Assembly: GCA_964548195.1 (NCBI GenBank)
Contig: CAZJQC010000003.1
Location: 17,323-81,322 of the forward strand
Length of the DNA stretch: 64,000 nt
Source of the DNA: an uncultured bacterium
GTDB taxonomy: Bacteria; Macinerneyibacteriota; Macinerneyibacteria; Macinerneyibacteriales; DSCS01
Direction of reading: 5' to 3'
In this document: positions 9,454 through 19,755 of the stretch, in pieces
Position numbering within the stretch: position 1 is the stretch's first letter
Layout of the letters: every line of letters begins with the position of its first letter
The notes under the pieces: generated by a model
Databases searched by the model: none
Seen by the model: the letters and a program-made list of their open reading frames with translations, nothing else
Told to the model about the DNA's origin: nothing
Made by a program: the position numbers and the translations under genes

Positions 9454-9476
9454 AAAAGCCCCCGCAGGGGGGGCTT
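9454..9476 (-). terminator. Intrinsic terminator after kbl
   Basis: AAGCCCCC/GGGGGCTT stem with T-run on the minus strand. Confidence 0.7.
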
Positions 9477-9483
9477 ATGATCA

Positions 9484-10710
9484 TTATTTCTGTGAAAAAC
9501 TTTTCAGTACGCCGAGCACATGATCTATGTCGCCGAGAGTATGGTCGCCGTTGACCTGAAACCTTATCTCCTCGTCGCCCTTGGGCACGACCGGAAAACT
9601 CAGGCCGGTGGCCAATATGCCGTTATCAGTCAGAAAGCCCACGAGTTTTTTTGTAAGGTCCGTGTCGCGTGTCAGCAGCGGGACCACGGGGTGGTCGCCC
9701 TGCAGTGTCTCGAATCCCAGTCTGACAAGGCCTTCCCTGAATCTTGCTGTGATGTTCCTGATATGGGCGAGTATTTTCCGCCCCTCATCCCCATCCAGTA
9801 TCTCAAGCACTTTCAAAGCGGCTGCACATTCCGAACAGGTTATCGGGTTTGAATATATATACATGGGGGTCTTTTCGCGGAGATAGTCGATCACCGTGCT
9901 GTCTGCGACCACATAACCGCCGTTTACGCCGAAAGCTTTTCCCAGTGTCCCTATGAGTATGTCCACTTTGGAGCCGGTATACTCTTCGGTCCCCCTGCCT
10001 GTCTCGCCGAAAGCGCCCACACCGTGTGAGTCATCGGCTATTGTGATGACACCCTGCTCAAAATTGTCCCTGAAATCGTGACAGACGGCATTCAGCTCGT
10101 CGAATGGGCAATTGTCGCCTCTCATGCTGAAAATGCCGTCGGTGACCACAACGGCCCTCTTGCCCTTGCCCGTGGCCTCCTCAAGTTTTGCGCGCAGGTC
10201 GCCCATGTCATTATGTTTGTATATGAATTTGGCGGCCGGCCTTGAAAGTCTCATCGCGTTGATTATGCAGTTATGGTTAAGTTCATCGCTTATCATGACA
10301 GTGTCTTTATCCGTCAGCGGCACGATGACGCCCATGCTTGTGACATAGGCCGAACTAAGTATCATGCAGCTTTCCCTGCCGTGGAACGCGGCAAGTCTTT
10401 GCTCAAGTTCGATATGCGGACGATGAGTGCCGCTTATGAACCTTACGGCTCCGGGCCCCACGCCGAATTCCTTAGCGGCATTTTCCTCGGCCCGGATCAC
10501 GTCAGGCCGCATGGACATGCCAAGATATGAGTTTGCATTCATCTTAATAAATTCACGCTGTCCGAAGCCGTCGATTATATATCTGGGGCCCTTTTCTCCG
10601 TCGGCCGGAATGATCTGTTCGATCACCATCTCGGCTCCCTTTGAAGAACCCTTTTCCTTCAGTTCATCAAGCTCGGACTTCAATACTGAGATCAATCTTT
10701 CAGTTGACAT
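9484..10710 (-). CDS. kbl: PLP-dependent alpha-oxoamine synthase, probably 2-amino-3-ketobutyrate CoA ligase
   Basis: ANSYLG, VRFISGT, DGIFSMRG, DDSHG, TLGKAFG (PLP lysine), FPVVPKG. Confidence 0.75.
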   Translation of the reverse strand: MSTERLISVLKSELDELKEKGSSKGAEMVIEQIIPADGEKGPRYIIDGFGQREFIKMNANSYLGMSMRPDVIRAEENAAKEFGVGPGAVRFISGTHRPHIELEQRLAAFHGRESCMILSSAYVTSMGVIVPLTDKDTVMISDELNHNCIINAMRLSRPAAKFIYKHNDMGDLRAKLEEATGKGKRAVVVTDGIFSMRGDNCPFDELNAVCHDFRDNFEQGVITIADDSHGVGAFGETGRGTEEYTGSKVDILIGTLGKAFGVNGGYVVADSTVIDYLREKTPMYIYSNPITCSECAAALKVLEILDGDEGRKILAHIRNITARFREGLVRLGFETLQGDHPVVPLLTRDTDLTKKLVGFLTDNGILATGLSFPVVPKGDEEIRFQVNGDHTLGDIDHVLGVLKSFSQK

Positions 10711-10728
10711 ATTGCCTCCTTATGACGG

Positions 10729-11622
10729 CTATATAAGCCCCATGACCACGGAATTCAGCTTTGTCTCCGCATTGTCCGCCCGTGAGAGCATTATTATGGG
10801 GGCTTTTCCGCCGACTACTATTCCTCCGAAACTGCATTCGGCCGTATACATGATGGCTTTGGCCATAAGATTTCCCGAGACGACATCGGGCACAAGCAGG
10901 ATGTCGGCATTGCCCGCGACCGGAGAATCGATGCCTTTGATCTCGGCCGCTTCAAGTGACAGGGCATTGTCAAGGCCCAGAGGCCCTTCCACGATGGCGC
11001 CCTTTATCTGGCCCCGCACATTCATCTTCGCAAGCAGCGCCGCGTCCACTGTGGCCTGCATGGCGGGGTTTACAGTCTCGACATGCGTCACAACAGCGAC
11101 TCTCGGGACCTCCCAGCCTATGCGGTGGGCGTATTCAATGGCGTTCTCAAGTATCTTCACCTTGTCCTTCAGTTCGGGAAAGGGGAACATGCCGCTGTCG
11201 GTGATCATGAACATCCTGCCGAGTTTTTTCGATTCGAGCAGGACTATATGCGAAAGCACGCCGCCGGTGCGAAGCCCTTTGTTCTGATCCAGCGCCGCTT
11301 TGAGGAATACCGCTGTGGGCAGTTTGCCCTTCATCAGAGCGTCCGCGGCTCCCGTTGAGACGAGTTCGGCGCTTTTCAACGCGCCGTCCCATTCATCCGG
11401 CACATCAACGATCTCGTAATCGTCCGAGGACGCGCCGGCGGAGTCGAAAGACCGGATGATCTTTTCACGATCGCCCACCAGTATGGAGCGGGCGATATCC
11501 TCTTTCCGGGCAGTCTCAAGAGCGGTGATCACATCAGCACCGTATGGGTGTGCGACCGCAAGCTTTTTTCGTCCGCCTTTTACGGAACGGTATATGGAAT
11601 CAAATCCGATCATATGCAGCAC
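10729..11622 (-). CDS. ptb: Phosphate butyryl/acyl-transferase
   Basis: LMKG, VLSH, EGPLGLDNA, ADILLVPD, SRAD motifs of the PTA/PTB family. Confidence 0.85.
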   Translation of the reverse strand: MLHMIGFDSIYRSVKGGRKKLAVAHPYGADVITALETARKEDIARSILVGDREKIIRSFDSAGASSDDYEIVDVPDEWDGALKSAELVSTGAADALMKGKLPTAVFLKAALDQNKGLRTGGVLSHIVLLESKKLGRMFMITDSGMFPFPELKDKVKILENAIEYAHRIGWEVPRVAVVTHVETVNPAMQATVDAALLAKMNVRGQIKGAIVEGPLGLDNALSLEAAEIKGIDSPVAGNADILLVPDVVSGNLMAKAIMYTAECSFGGIVVGGKAPIIMLSRADNAETKLNSVVMGLI

Positions 11623-11624
11623 CT

Positions 11625-13040
11625 CTATTTCAGCTTTTCAAAAAAAGCTTTGTACGCTTCATAACAGGCGTATATATCCATTACCGAAGCAAGCTCAAAG
11701 GGAGAGTGCATTGACAGCAGAGCAGGACCGGCATCCACGACGTTCATGTTGTATTCGGCCAGGAACTTGGCAACCGTTCCGCCGCCACCCTCATCGACTT
11801 TCCCAAGCGTCCCTATCTGCCAGTCTATGCCCTTTTCGTCAAAAAGCGCCCTTATTTTTGCCACGAATTCCGCATCCGCATCGCTGGAACCGTATTTTCC
11901 GCCGGAACCTGTGTATTTCGTCATCACGATGCCATGTCCCAGACGGGGGGCATTCAGGGGATCGTGTACAGATTTAAAATTGGGGTTGATGCCCGCGCCG
12001 ACATCAGAGGACAATACATCCGATATCTCAAGAGCCTTCTTCAGTTTCAGTTCGGAAAAATCACCATCCTGATTTTCTATCATCTCGGATATGACACGCA
12101 GTATAAACCAGGATTTCATGCCCGTTCTTCCGTCACTGCCTATCTCCTCTTTGTCGGCCAAAAAGTTGATCGCGGTATATTCGGGGTCCTCTACATCAAA
12201 TATCGCCAGAGAGGAGGTATATCCGCATATGCGGTCATCATGGCCGAACGCGCCGATGAGCCCTTTGTCAAATCCGACCCATCTCGCGCCACCGGCCGGC
12301 ACAAGCTGAAGTTCAGCCGAAATAAAGTCAGCCTCCGTTATGCCGTATTTGCTGTTGAGTATCTCCAGGACGTTAAGCTTGATCGCGTTTTTCACCTTTT
12401 CATCGTCCACGGGTATTGACCCGCATATCATGTTCAGCTCTTCGCCGGTAAAACCGGTGAGCAGTTTCTTGTCGCCCTGCACCTTTCTTGAAAGATGAGG
12501 GAGCACGTCCGGAAAAGTCAGCACCCCTTCCGAGTCATCCTCTCCCCAGACCACATTGACCTTTTCGCCGTTCTTTTTCACGATGACGCCGTGCAGCGAT
12601 AGAGGCATGGTGACCCACTGATATTTCTTTATGCCGCCATAATAATGCGTCTTCACCATGCAGTATCCCTCATCCTCGTACAAGGGAGACATCTTGAAAT
12701 CGATATGGGGGACATCTACATGCGATGCCACAAGATTAACGCCTTCCGATACCTTTTTCTTCCCCAAAACTATCAGGACAAGGTTTTTATCGTGATTTAT
12801 CTCATAAAACTTTTTATGCCCTTTGCTGTCCTTCATTTCAGATAAAGGCCTGAAACCGTATTTTTCGGCCATTGCGGCCACTTTTAGGACATTTTCGCGC
12901 TCCGTCTTAACTTCGCTCAGAAAACCTCTGTATGCCTCACTGAAGTCAAAAGCGTTTTTTTTGTATTTTTCATCTTTTTTCAGCCAACTGCTCTTCTTCT
13001 CCAACGTCAGTTCTTTTTCAAGTTTCTCGTACTTAGTCAT
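11625..13040 (-). CDS. M18 family aminopeptidase
   Basis: SHVDVP, HYYGGIKKYQW, DDRIC, KEEIGS, MHSPFE. Confidence 0.9.
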   Translation of the reverse strand: MTKYEKLEKELTLEKKSSWLKKDEKYKKNAFDFSEAYRGFLSEVKTERENVLKVAAMAEKYGFRPLSEMKDSKGHKKFYEINHDKNLVLIVLGKKKVSEGVNLVASHVDVPHIDFKMSPLYEDEGYCMVKTHYYGGIKKYQWVTMPLSLHGVIVKKNGEKVNVVWGEDDSEGVLTFPDVLPHLSRKVQGDKKLLTGFTGEELNMICGSIPVDDEKVKNAIKLNVLEILNSKYGITEADFISAELQLVPAGGARWVGFDKGLIGAFGHDDRICGYTSSLAIFDVEDPEYTAINFLADKEEIGSDGRTGMKSWFILRVISEMIENQDGDFSELKLKKALEISDVLSSDVGAGINPNFKSVHDPLNAPRLGHGIVMTKYTGSGGKYGSSDADAEFVAKIRALFDEKGIDWQIGTLGKVDEGGGGTVAKFLAEYNMNVVDAGPALLSMHSPFELASVMDIYACYEAYKAFFEKLK

Positions 13041-13068
13041 AAGACCTCCTTAAGCCTTTATGTAAATA

Positions 13069-13096
13069 ATTATACTCAGTGTCGTTCCGATTTCAA
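13069..13096 (-). promoter_or_regulatory. Sigma70-type promoter of M18-ptb-kbl
   Basis: TTGAAA-16-TATAAT upstream of AAGGAGG SD. Confidence 0.55.
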
Positions 13097-13121
13097 GTTT
13101 TTTATTTCGCATACAGAAACA

Positions 13122-14297
13122 TTATCCCGCAGTCAGATAGATAATAATCATTGTGACTGATAATATCAAGGGAATAACCGACGGGAGCAGGTATTTTCTG
13201 TACAGCGCCGTCAGCTCCACCTTGAAATATTCGCCGCTTAATATGAGACATAGATGCGTCGGCGAGAGCATGATGCCGACGAACACAGACGCGTAAAGTA
13301 TCATGACATGAGGCAGGCCGAAATCTGGTATCAGGGACATGAATATGGGAAAGACTATGCCCGCCGCTGCCACGGTAAGCCCTGTCGCGAAGCCGACTAT
13401 CAGCGGGAGTATCACCATGAGAAGGTAGACCACGGAACCGGGTATCACCTCGGAACCGCTGAAAACCTGCCCCGCGTCCACCACGTTTTTAAAGAGCATC
13501 GCGCCGAAGATCAAAAGGAACATCTTGATGTAATCCACACTTTTTATACTCTCAAATACTGAAGATGCCGGTATCCTTTCCAGCAGGACATAGGCCGTCA
13601 TAGCCGACAGCAGGCTGATCAGTATGTCAACCCCGATAAATGCATAGAGTACGATCAGGAATAAGATGGGATACAGCGTCCGGATGAGGCCTTTAAGATC
13701 GATGTTGGAGTCGAACAGCGGCGCCTTGACTTTTCTTATCATAAAAAACCCCCATAGTATGGAGATTAAAAAAAAGGGCGCCAGCCCCGCCAGTATGCGG
13801 GGGTAGGATACGCCAGCGAAACCGTTCATGAAAAGTATTATCGCGGGATACATGGGCCATCCGAACTCCCATACATGCCGGAACCAGTAATTCACATAGG
13901 CTTTTGAGATATCATCCATATTCAGCTTATCCCCGACCTGCGACACCAGTGGCGCCGACACCACCGCGCCGCCCGGCATTGGTATCATGCCTATCAACAT
14001 GGCGGGAAAGACAAGCGACATCTTGCTGACGCCTATATGTTCTGTCAGGCCTGTTATACGGCCGGCAGACCTCATGAGTCCGATGAGTATGTATATAAGG
14101 TATACGGTCAGCAGCAATGTGATGCCCGCCCTGTCGGTGACAGTGCGGAACAATATCTCTTTAAGTTTAAGGTTGGAAAGGGAAAAAGCGAACACAGTGA
14201 GGGCGGAAGAGAGTATCAGCACGGGCCCCACCGGTATCCTGATCCTGAGCAGCGCCACCATAAAGGCAATTATAAGTATGAATTTGATTAAAACCAT
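13122..14297 (-). CDS. DUF401-family multi-pass membrane transporter-like protein
   Basis: PMPGGA, NYWFRHVWE, LSPTHLCL motifs; many TM segments. Confidence 0.8.
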   Translation of the reverse strand: MVLIKFILIIAFMVALLRIRIPVGPVLILSSALTVFAFSLSNLKLKEILFRTVTDRAGITLLLTVYLIYILIGLMRSAGRITGLTEHIGVSKMSLVFPAMLIGMIPMPGGAVVSAPLVSQVGDKLNMDDISKAYVNYWFRHVWEFGWPMYPAIILFMNGFAGVSYPRILAGLAPFFLISILWGFFMIRKVKAPLFDSNIDLKGLIRTLYPILFLIVLYAFIGVDILISLLSAMTAYVLLERIPASSVFESIKSVDYIKMFLLIFGAMLFKNVVDAGQVFSGSEVIPGSVVYLLMVILPLIVGFATGLTVAAAGIVFPIFMSLIPDFGLPHVMILYASVFVGIMLSPTHLCLILSGEYFKVELTALYRKYLLPSVIPLILSVTMIIIYLTAG

Positions 14298-14352
14298 TTT
14301 TGCCTTAATCTGAGGCGACGCGGAGATCTAACTCCGCGCCGCCTCCATTGGA

Positions 14353-15549
14353 TCATCTGAAAACAGCCAGAAAAACACCTGCGGCTATAGCGGAACCGAT
14401 TACTCCGGCTACATTGGGCGCCATGGCATGCATCAGTAGATGATTATCCTTGTCATATGAACGAGCGACATGCTGGACCACTCTGGCTGAATCCGGCACC
14501 GCCGAGACGCCTGCGGCGCCTATGAGCGGGTTTATTTTGTTTTTCAGGAAGAGGTTCATAAATTTTGCGAACAACAACCCGCTTGCCGTTGCTATTGCAA
14601 AGGACAGCGCTCCAAGTCCGAATATCTCAAGTGATTCAAGGTTGATAAAATATTTGGCCTGCGTACTGGCGCCGACAGCAAAGCCCAAAAGCACCGTTGC
14701 AATATCAAGGATCGCGTTTGAGGCCGTTTTGGCGAGTCTTTCCGTGACACCGCTTTCCTTAAGCAGATTGCCGAACATCAGCATGCCGACAAGAGGTATG
14801 GAACCGGGCGCGATCAACGCCGCTATTACAAAGGCTATTATGGGAAAAGCCACCCGCTCCACTTTTGAGACCCTGCGCGGAGGACGCATCCTGATCAGCC
14901 TTTCCTTCCGGGTCGTCAGCATCTTCATTATGGGCGGCTGTATTACGGGCACCAGGGCCATGTATGAATACGCCGCGATCGCTATAGGGCCCAAAAGCTT
15001 GGGCGCCAGTTGCGACGCTATGAAGATGGAGGTGGGCCCGTCCGCCCCCCCTATGATGCCGATTGAGGCGGCATCGGTCTGGGAAAAGCCCACGAACAAT
15101 GCGCCTATGTATGTCACGAAAATACCCACCTGCGCGGCCGCGCCCAAAAGCACCGATTTCGGGCTGGATATCAACGTGGAAAAATCTGTCATCGCACCAA
15201 TACCAAGAAAGATCAGCGGCGGGAATATACCCGATCTGACGCCCCAGTATATATAGCTCAGGACGCTGTCCATGCCGAACCCGTTGGCTACGGTGTCATA
15301 TACGCCTATGGGCATATTAGGCGGACTGGCTATATTGCCGACTATGATGCCGAATCCTATGGGAAGAAGGAGAAGCGGCTCATATTTCTTGGCTATGGCA
15401 AGGTATATGAATATCACGCCAATGACCAGCATGATCACATTTCCGGTCTCCATCTGGGCAAATCCGGTCTTTCCGATAATTGTCTTGAACAGCGCGATGA
15501 TCGCATTGTCAGACAAGACGGATGTCAATGCTAAAAGATTGAAAAACAT
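14353..15549 (-). CDS. mmdB: Na+-translocating decarboxylase beta subunit
   Basis: EPLLLLPIGFG, IGIIGGADGPT, AYSYMAL; cluster context. Confidence 0.92.
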   Translation of the reverse strand: MFFNLLALTSVLSDNAIIALFKTIIGKTGFAQMETGNVIMLVIGVIFIYLAIAKKYEPLLLLPIGFGIIVGNIASPPNMPIGVYDTVANGFGMDSVLSYIYWGVRSGIFPPLIFLGIGAMTDFSTLISSPKSVLLGAAAQVGIFVTYIGALFVGFSQTDAASIGIIGGADGPTSIFIASQLAPKLLGPIAIAAYSYMALVPVIQPPIMKMLTTRKERLIRMRPPRRVSKVERVAFPIIAFVIAALIAPGSIPLVGMLMFGNLLKESGVTERLAKTASNAILDIATVLLGFAVGASTQAKYFINLESLEIFGLGALSFAIATASGLLFAKFMNLFLKNKINPLIGAAGVSAVPDSARVVQHVARSYDKDNHLLMHAMAPNVAGVIGSAIAAGVFLAVFR

Positions 15550-15560
15550 GCGCTATCTCC

Positions 15561-16007
15561 TTATTCCAGGACGATCAGAACGTCGCCCTCATAAACGGAA
15601 TCGCCGCGTTTGACCCTGATTTCCCTGACAACGCCCTCTCGGGGTGCCTGGACTTCGTTCTCCATCTTCATGGCTTCCATGATCAGGACGTCCTGGCCGG
15701 GTTTGACTTCGTCTCCGACTTTTACCAGCAGGTCTATGATCAGTCCCGGCAAGGGAGCCGTAATATCGCCCGAGCTCACAACATCCTTGGGCTTGCGCAG
15801 CGGAGCGCTCTCAGCGGGCCTGACCGACTGTTCGCGGCTGACCACCGGCGCCGCCGGCCTCACATCCACCGGTTTGGGTATGCCCAGGTCCTTCAGCACA
15901 ATGTCATAGTCATTGCCGTTGACAGTCATCTTCGCGGTCTCAGCGCCGAACTCCTTGACATTGACCTTGTATTCCTTACCGTTTATTTCCAATACGATTT
16001 CCTTCAT
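15561..16007 (-). CDS. mmdC: Biotin carboxyl carrier subunit
   Basis: EAMKM biotinylation motif; Pro/Ala linker; start at MKEIVL. Confidence 0.9.
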   Translation of the reverse strand: MKEIVLEINGKEYKVNVKEFGAETAKMTVNGNDYDIVLKDLGIPKPVDVRPAAPVVSREQSVRPAESAPLRKPKDVVSSGDITAPLPGLIIDLLVKVGDEVKPGQDVLIMEAMKMENEVQAPREGVVREIRVKRGDSVYEGDVLIVLE

Positions 16008-16018
16008 ATACTTTCCCC

Positions 16019-16402
16019 CTATACCCTGTGTCCGTATTTGACGCCGGCTTTCCACCCGGATTGCTCCCTGCCGTGTTTGAACGTGATCTTGCTCTGCAGG
16101 GACTCAAGATGCAGCCTTTTGTACAGCTCCACGGTCGCGCCTATGGCGGCGACCACATCATCGTCGACCTCCGAGCGGACGATGATACCCTTTTCAACGG
16201 CGGCCTTGATCTCCGGTATTCCGGGAAGATCGACGTTTTTCTTCAGTTTTCTTGCCCCGTGGCTGATAAAGAACAAATTGAACACGGCGATGGAAAGCGC
16301 GATGAGTATCAGTCCCATAAAGACTGTCGTAATGCCGCTAAGCGCTATGTTCTTTCCATCGTAAACCGGCTGCGCAAAAATAATAATATTAAACAGATCC
16401 AT
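16019..16402 (-). CDS. mmdD: OadG/MmdD-type membrane anchor (delta subunit)
   Basis: GITTVFMGL TM helix, VVAAIGA, C-terminal W..G; lies between mmdA and mmdC. Confidence 0.8.
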   Translation of the reverse strand: MDLFNIIIFAQPVYDGKNIALSGITTVFMGLILIALSIAVFNLFFISHGARKLKKNVDLPGIPEIKAAVEKGIIVRSEVDDDVVAAIGATVELYKRLHLESLQSKITFKHGREQSGWKAGVKYGHRV

Positions 16403-16415
16403 TATATCCACACTC

Positions 16416-17966
16416 CTAAAGCGGTATATTGCCGTGTTTTTTCGGAGGCGTAGTATCTCTCTTGTTACTAAGCATCTCAAGGGCCTTTATCAATTTATAC
16501 CTTGTCAGTTTTGGCTCTATTACATCATCAACATCGCCTCTGGAGGCGGCCACATAAGGATTGGCAAATTTTTCCCTGTATTCCTCGATCTTTTCATCGA
16601 GTTTTTTTGCCGGGTCCTCAGCCTCTTTTATCTCTTTTGAAAACACGATCTCGCTGGCGCCTTTGGGCCCCATTACGGCTATCTCCGCCGAAGGCCACGC
16701 ATATATGACATCGCCTTTCAGCTGCTTTGAGTTCATGACACAATAGGCGCCGCCATATGCCTTCCTGGTTATGACTGTTATTCTCGGGACAGTGGCTTCC
16801 GCGTAGGCGTAAAGAAGCTTCGCGCCGTGCTTTATGATGCCGCCGTATTCCTGAACAGTCCCCGGCATGAACCCGGGCACATCCTCGAATGTGATCACCG
16901 GTATGTTGAACGCGTCGCAAAACCTTATGAACCTGGCGGCCTTTACCGAAGCGTTTATGTCAAGCACACCGGCAAGGTGTTTAGGCTGGTTTGCGACGAT
17001 GCCGATACTCTTTCCGTTGAGTCTCGCATATCCTATGACTATATTGGGAGCATAGTATTCCATTATCTCGTAAAATTTCCCGTCATCAACTATCCTCGTG
17101 ATGATATCCTTCACGTCATAAGGCTTATTGGGGTTGTCAGGTATCATGTAATTCAGTTCCTCATCCACCCTGTCGACGGGATCCTCTGTATTAACCTTCG
17201 GAGGCTCCTCCATGTTGTTCTGCGGCAGGAATGAAAGCAGTTCGCGTATGCCCGCGAAAAGCGATTTTTCGTCTTCATACGTCATGTGGGTGACGCCGCT
17301 CTTGCTCGCATGCACCATGGCACCGCCAAGCTCCTCTTTCGTGACATCCTCATGCGTCACGGTCTTGACCACCTTCGGTCCCGTAACAAACATCTGCGCC
17401 GAATTTTTGACCATGAATATAAAATCAGTCACGGCGGGAGAATATACGGCTCCGCCTGCTGCCGGACCGACTATGGCAGTTATTTGAGGCACCACGCCGG
17501 AATACATAACATTGCGTAAAAATATTGAGGCATAACCCGCCAAAGCGCCGACACCTTCCTGTATTCTGGCTCCACCGGAATCATTTATACCTATGACAGG
17601 GGCGCCTGTCTTTGCGGCCATTTCCATGATCTTGACTATTTTAGCGGCCACAGTCTCCGAAAGCGAACCGCCTATCACTGTAAAATCGAATGAATAGACA
17701 AAGGCAAGACGGCCTTCGACGGTGCCGTAGCCCGAGACCATGCCGTCGCCCATAAAGATCTTCTTCTCCATGCCGAACTCATGGCAGTCATGGGTCCTCA
17801 GCATGTCTATTTCTTCAAAGCTTCCCTCGTCAAGAAGCAGTTCAATGCGTTCACGCGCAGTAAGTTTGCCTCTCTCATGCTGTTTCTTTATGGAAGCCTC
17901 ACCCCCGCCGACGCGGGCTTTCTCCATCTTTTCCTTTAACTCCAATATCTTTCTTTCCATTGCCAT
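16416..17966 (-). CDS. mmdA: Methylmalonyl-CoA decarboxylase alpha (carboxyltransferase)
   Basis: [34 protein letters not shown]. Confidence 0.92.
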   Translation of the reverse strand: MAMERKILELKEKMEKARVGGGEASIKKQHERGKLTARERIELLLDEGSFEEIDMLRTHDCHEFGMEKKIFMGDGMVSGYGTVEGRLAFVYSFDFTVIGGSLSETVAAKIVKIMEMAAKTGAPVIGINDSGGARIQEGVGALAGYASIFLRNVMYSGVVPQITAIVGPAAGGAVYSPAVTDFIFMVKNSAQMFVTGPKVVKTVTHEDVTKEELGGAMVHASKSGVTHMTYEDEKSLFAGIRELLSFLPQNNMEEPPKVNTEDPVDRVDEELNYMIPDNPNKPYDVKDIITRIVDDGKFYEIMEYYAPNIVIGYARLNGKSIGIVANQPKHLAGVLDINASVKAARFIRFCDAFNIPVITFEDVPGFMPGTVQEYGGIIKHGAKLLYAYAEATVPRITVITRKAYGGAYCVMNSKQLKGDVIYAWPSAEIAVMGPKGASEIVFSKEIKEAEDPAKKLDEKIEEYREKFANPYVAASRGDVDDVIEPKLTRYKLIKALEMLSNKRDTTPPKKHGNIPL

Positions 17967-17970
17967 GGTC

Positions 17971-18378
17971 TCAGTCCTCCTTAATCTGACAGATCTCTGT
18001 CAGAACTTTAGCGGATGATTTGGGATGAATAAAGGCTATCTTTGATCCGTGAGCGCCTTTACGGGGCTCATTATCGATCATTTGTATACCTTCCGCGGTA
18101 AAATCACTTATTTCTTTTTCGATGTCGTCTGTCTGATAGGCGATATGGTGCATTCCCTGCCCCTTTTTCTCAATAAACTTTGCAATGGGGCTGTCTTCGG
18201 AAGAGGGTTCAAGCAGTTCTATTTTCACCTCACCGACACGGAACATCGCCACTCTGACCTTTTGGCCGGCGACTTCCTCTATGCCACAGAATTCCAATTT
18301 CAGTATATCCCTGTAAAACGGGATATGCTCCTCCAATGACGTCACCGCTATACCGACATGGTTGATCTTTTCGATCAT
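17971..18378 (-). CDS. mce: Methylmalonyl-CoA epimerase
   Basis: NHVGIAV, IELLEP, HHIAY, GAHG..IAFIHPK. Confidence 0.92.
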   Translation of the reverse strand: MIEKINHVGIAVTSLEEHIPFYRDILKLEFCGIEEVAGQKVRVAMFRVGEVKIELLEPSSEDSPIAKFIEKKGQGMHHIAYQTDDIEKEISDFTAEGIQMIDNEPRKGAHGSKIAFIHPKSSAKVLTEICQIKED

Positions 18379-19334
18379 ATACGTTCACACTCCTTCTTAA
18401 AAACACGCATTATATCATCTATCAGGGCGTAAGGTCTCGTTTTTTTGTTATACAGATCATCCACCCATTTGCCGACATTATTATAAAAATCCATTTTGAT
18501 GTCAAGCATTTCATGGATCTTGACCGAAAATATTTTCCTTAACTCCTTTTCAAGCCTGTTTTTTCTCTTTTGCACCAGGGCTCCCGATCCCGCCAGCCCG
18601 GCCAGATACTTATCCGATTCTTCAAGGAGCTCGTCGACGCCTTCGTCATTTACAGCCGAGACAAGCAGAACCGGGTTCATAGGAGCGTCGTCATCCGCAT
18701 ATTTGATACCCAGCACGTAATCTATCTCGGCTTTCAGCCGTTCCGCGCCGTCCCTGTCACATTTGTTTACTATAAATATATCCCCTATTTCCATGACTCC
18801 GGCCTTCATCGCCTGTATTTCATCGCCCATGCCGGGGACAAGCACCAGCATGACAAGATCGGACATCTCTATAATATCCACCTCGGTCTGTCCCACGCCT
18901 ATGGTCTCTATGATGACGGTGTCGTAACCTGCGGCATCCAGGATCTTGACCGCGTCAAAAGTGGCACCTGCCACCCCGCCCAAATGGCCGCGTGACGCCA
19001 TGGAGCGTATGAACACCCCGTCATCCGTGGAATGCTGCTGCATCCTGAGCCTGTCCCCCAGAAGCGCTCCGCCGGAAAAAGGCGAACTGGGGTCGACCGC
19101 TATCACGGCGACCTTGCGGCCGCGTCTTCTTTCACGGGATATCAGTTTGTCCACAAGCGTGCTTTTACCCGCTCCGGGGGGGCCTGTGACGCCCCATACC
19201 GACGCATTGCCCGTATAACCGAACACAGCGTCCACGACGGCTTCACGAAGCGGGCCGTTATCCTCAACAAGAGATATGGCTCTGGCAACAGATCTCGGTT
19301 TCCCGGCCCGTATGCCGTCTATCAGTTGTTTCAT
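18375..19334 (-). CDS. meaB: MeaB/ArgK cobalamin chaperone GTPase
   Basis: GPPGAGKST, DPSSPFSGGALLGDR, ETIGVGQ, NKCD. Confidence 0.93.
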   Translation of the reverse strand: MKQLIDGIRAGKPRSVARAISLVEDNGPLREAVVDAVFGYTGNASVWGVTGPPGAGKSTLVDKLISRERRRGRKVAVIAVDPSSPFSGGALLGDRLRMQQHSTDDGVFIRSMASRGHLGGVAGATFDAVKILDAAGYDTVIIETIGVGQTEVDIIEMSDLVMLVLVPGMGDEIQAMKAGVMEIGDIFIVNKCDRDGAERLKAEIDYVLGIKYADDDAPMNPVLLVSAVNDEGVDELLEESDKYLAGLAGSGALVQKRKNRLEKELRKIFSVKIHEMLDIKMDFYNNVGKWVDDLYNKKTRPYALIDDIMRVFKKECERI

Positions 19335-19738
19335 CTGCGTATTTCGCCTCTTTTCGATTCAATAAAATCGACGACATCTTTTATTGGCGTCCCCGGAGTG
19401 AACACAGCCTGAACGCCATGTTCCTTCAAAAAGGGTATGTCCGTCTCCGGGATTACGCCGCCGCCGAAAACGATTATATCGGAAGCGTCTTCCTTCTTCA
19501 GAAGGTCCACGACCTTGGGAAAGAGTTCATTGTGCGCCCCCGAAAGAAGGCTCAGCCCGACGAAATCGACGTCTTCCTGCACGGCTGTCTTGACGATGCT
19601 CTCCGCAGTCTGTCTTATGCCCGTGTATATGACCTCATAACCCTCGTCTTTCAACGCCCTTGCCACGTATTTTGCGCCTCTGTCATGGCCGTCCAGGCCG
19701 GGTTTGGCAATCAAAACCCTGATCTTTCTATCGTTCAT
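19331..19738 (-). CDS. Methylmalonyl-CoA mutase, B12-binding subunit
   Basis: KPGLDGHDRG (DxHxxG), SLLSGAH, GGGVIP. Confidence 0.93.
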   Translation of the reverse strand: MNDRKIRVLIAKPGLDGHDRGAKYVARALKDEGYEVIYTGIRQTAESIVKTAVQEDVDFVGLSLLSGAHNELFPKVVDLLKKEDASDIIVFGGGVIPETDIPFLKEHGVQAVFTPGTPIKDVVDFIESKRGEIRR

Positions 19739-19755
19739 ATCAATTACCTCCGTTC

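Noticed and set aside
10720..10731. TAG read-through (pyrrolysine) at the end of ptb
   Set aside because: Would add only about 3 residues before TAA; no pyl genes in the window
14312..14345. Hairpin after mmdB as an intrinsic terminator
   Set aside because: Strong stem but no U tract; may only stabilise the mRNA, so not called
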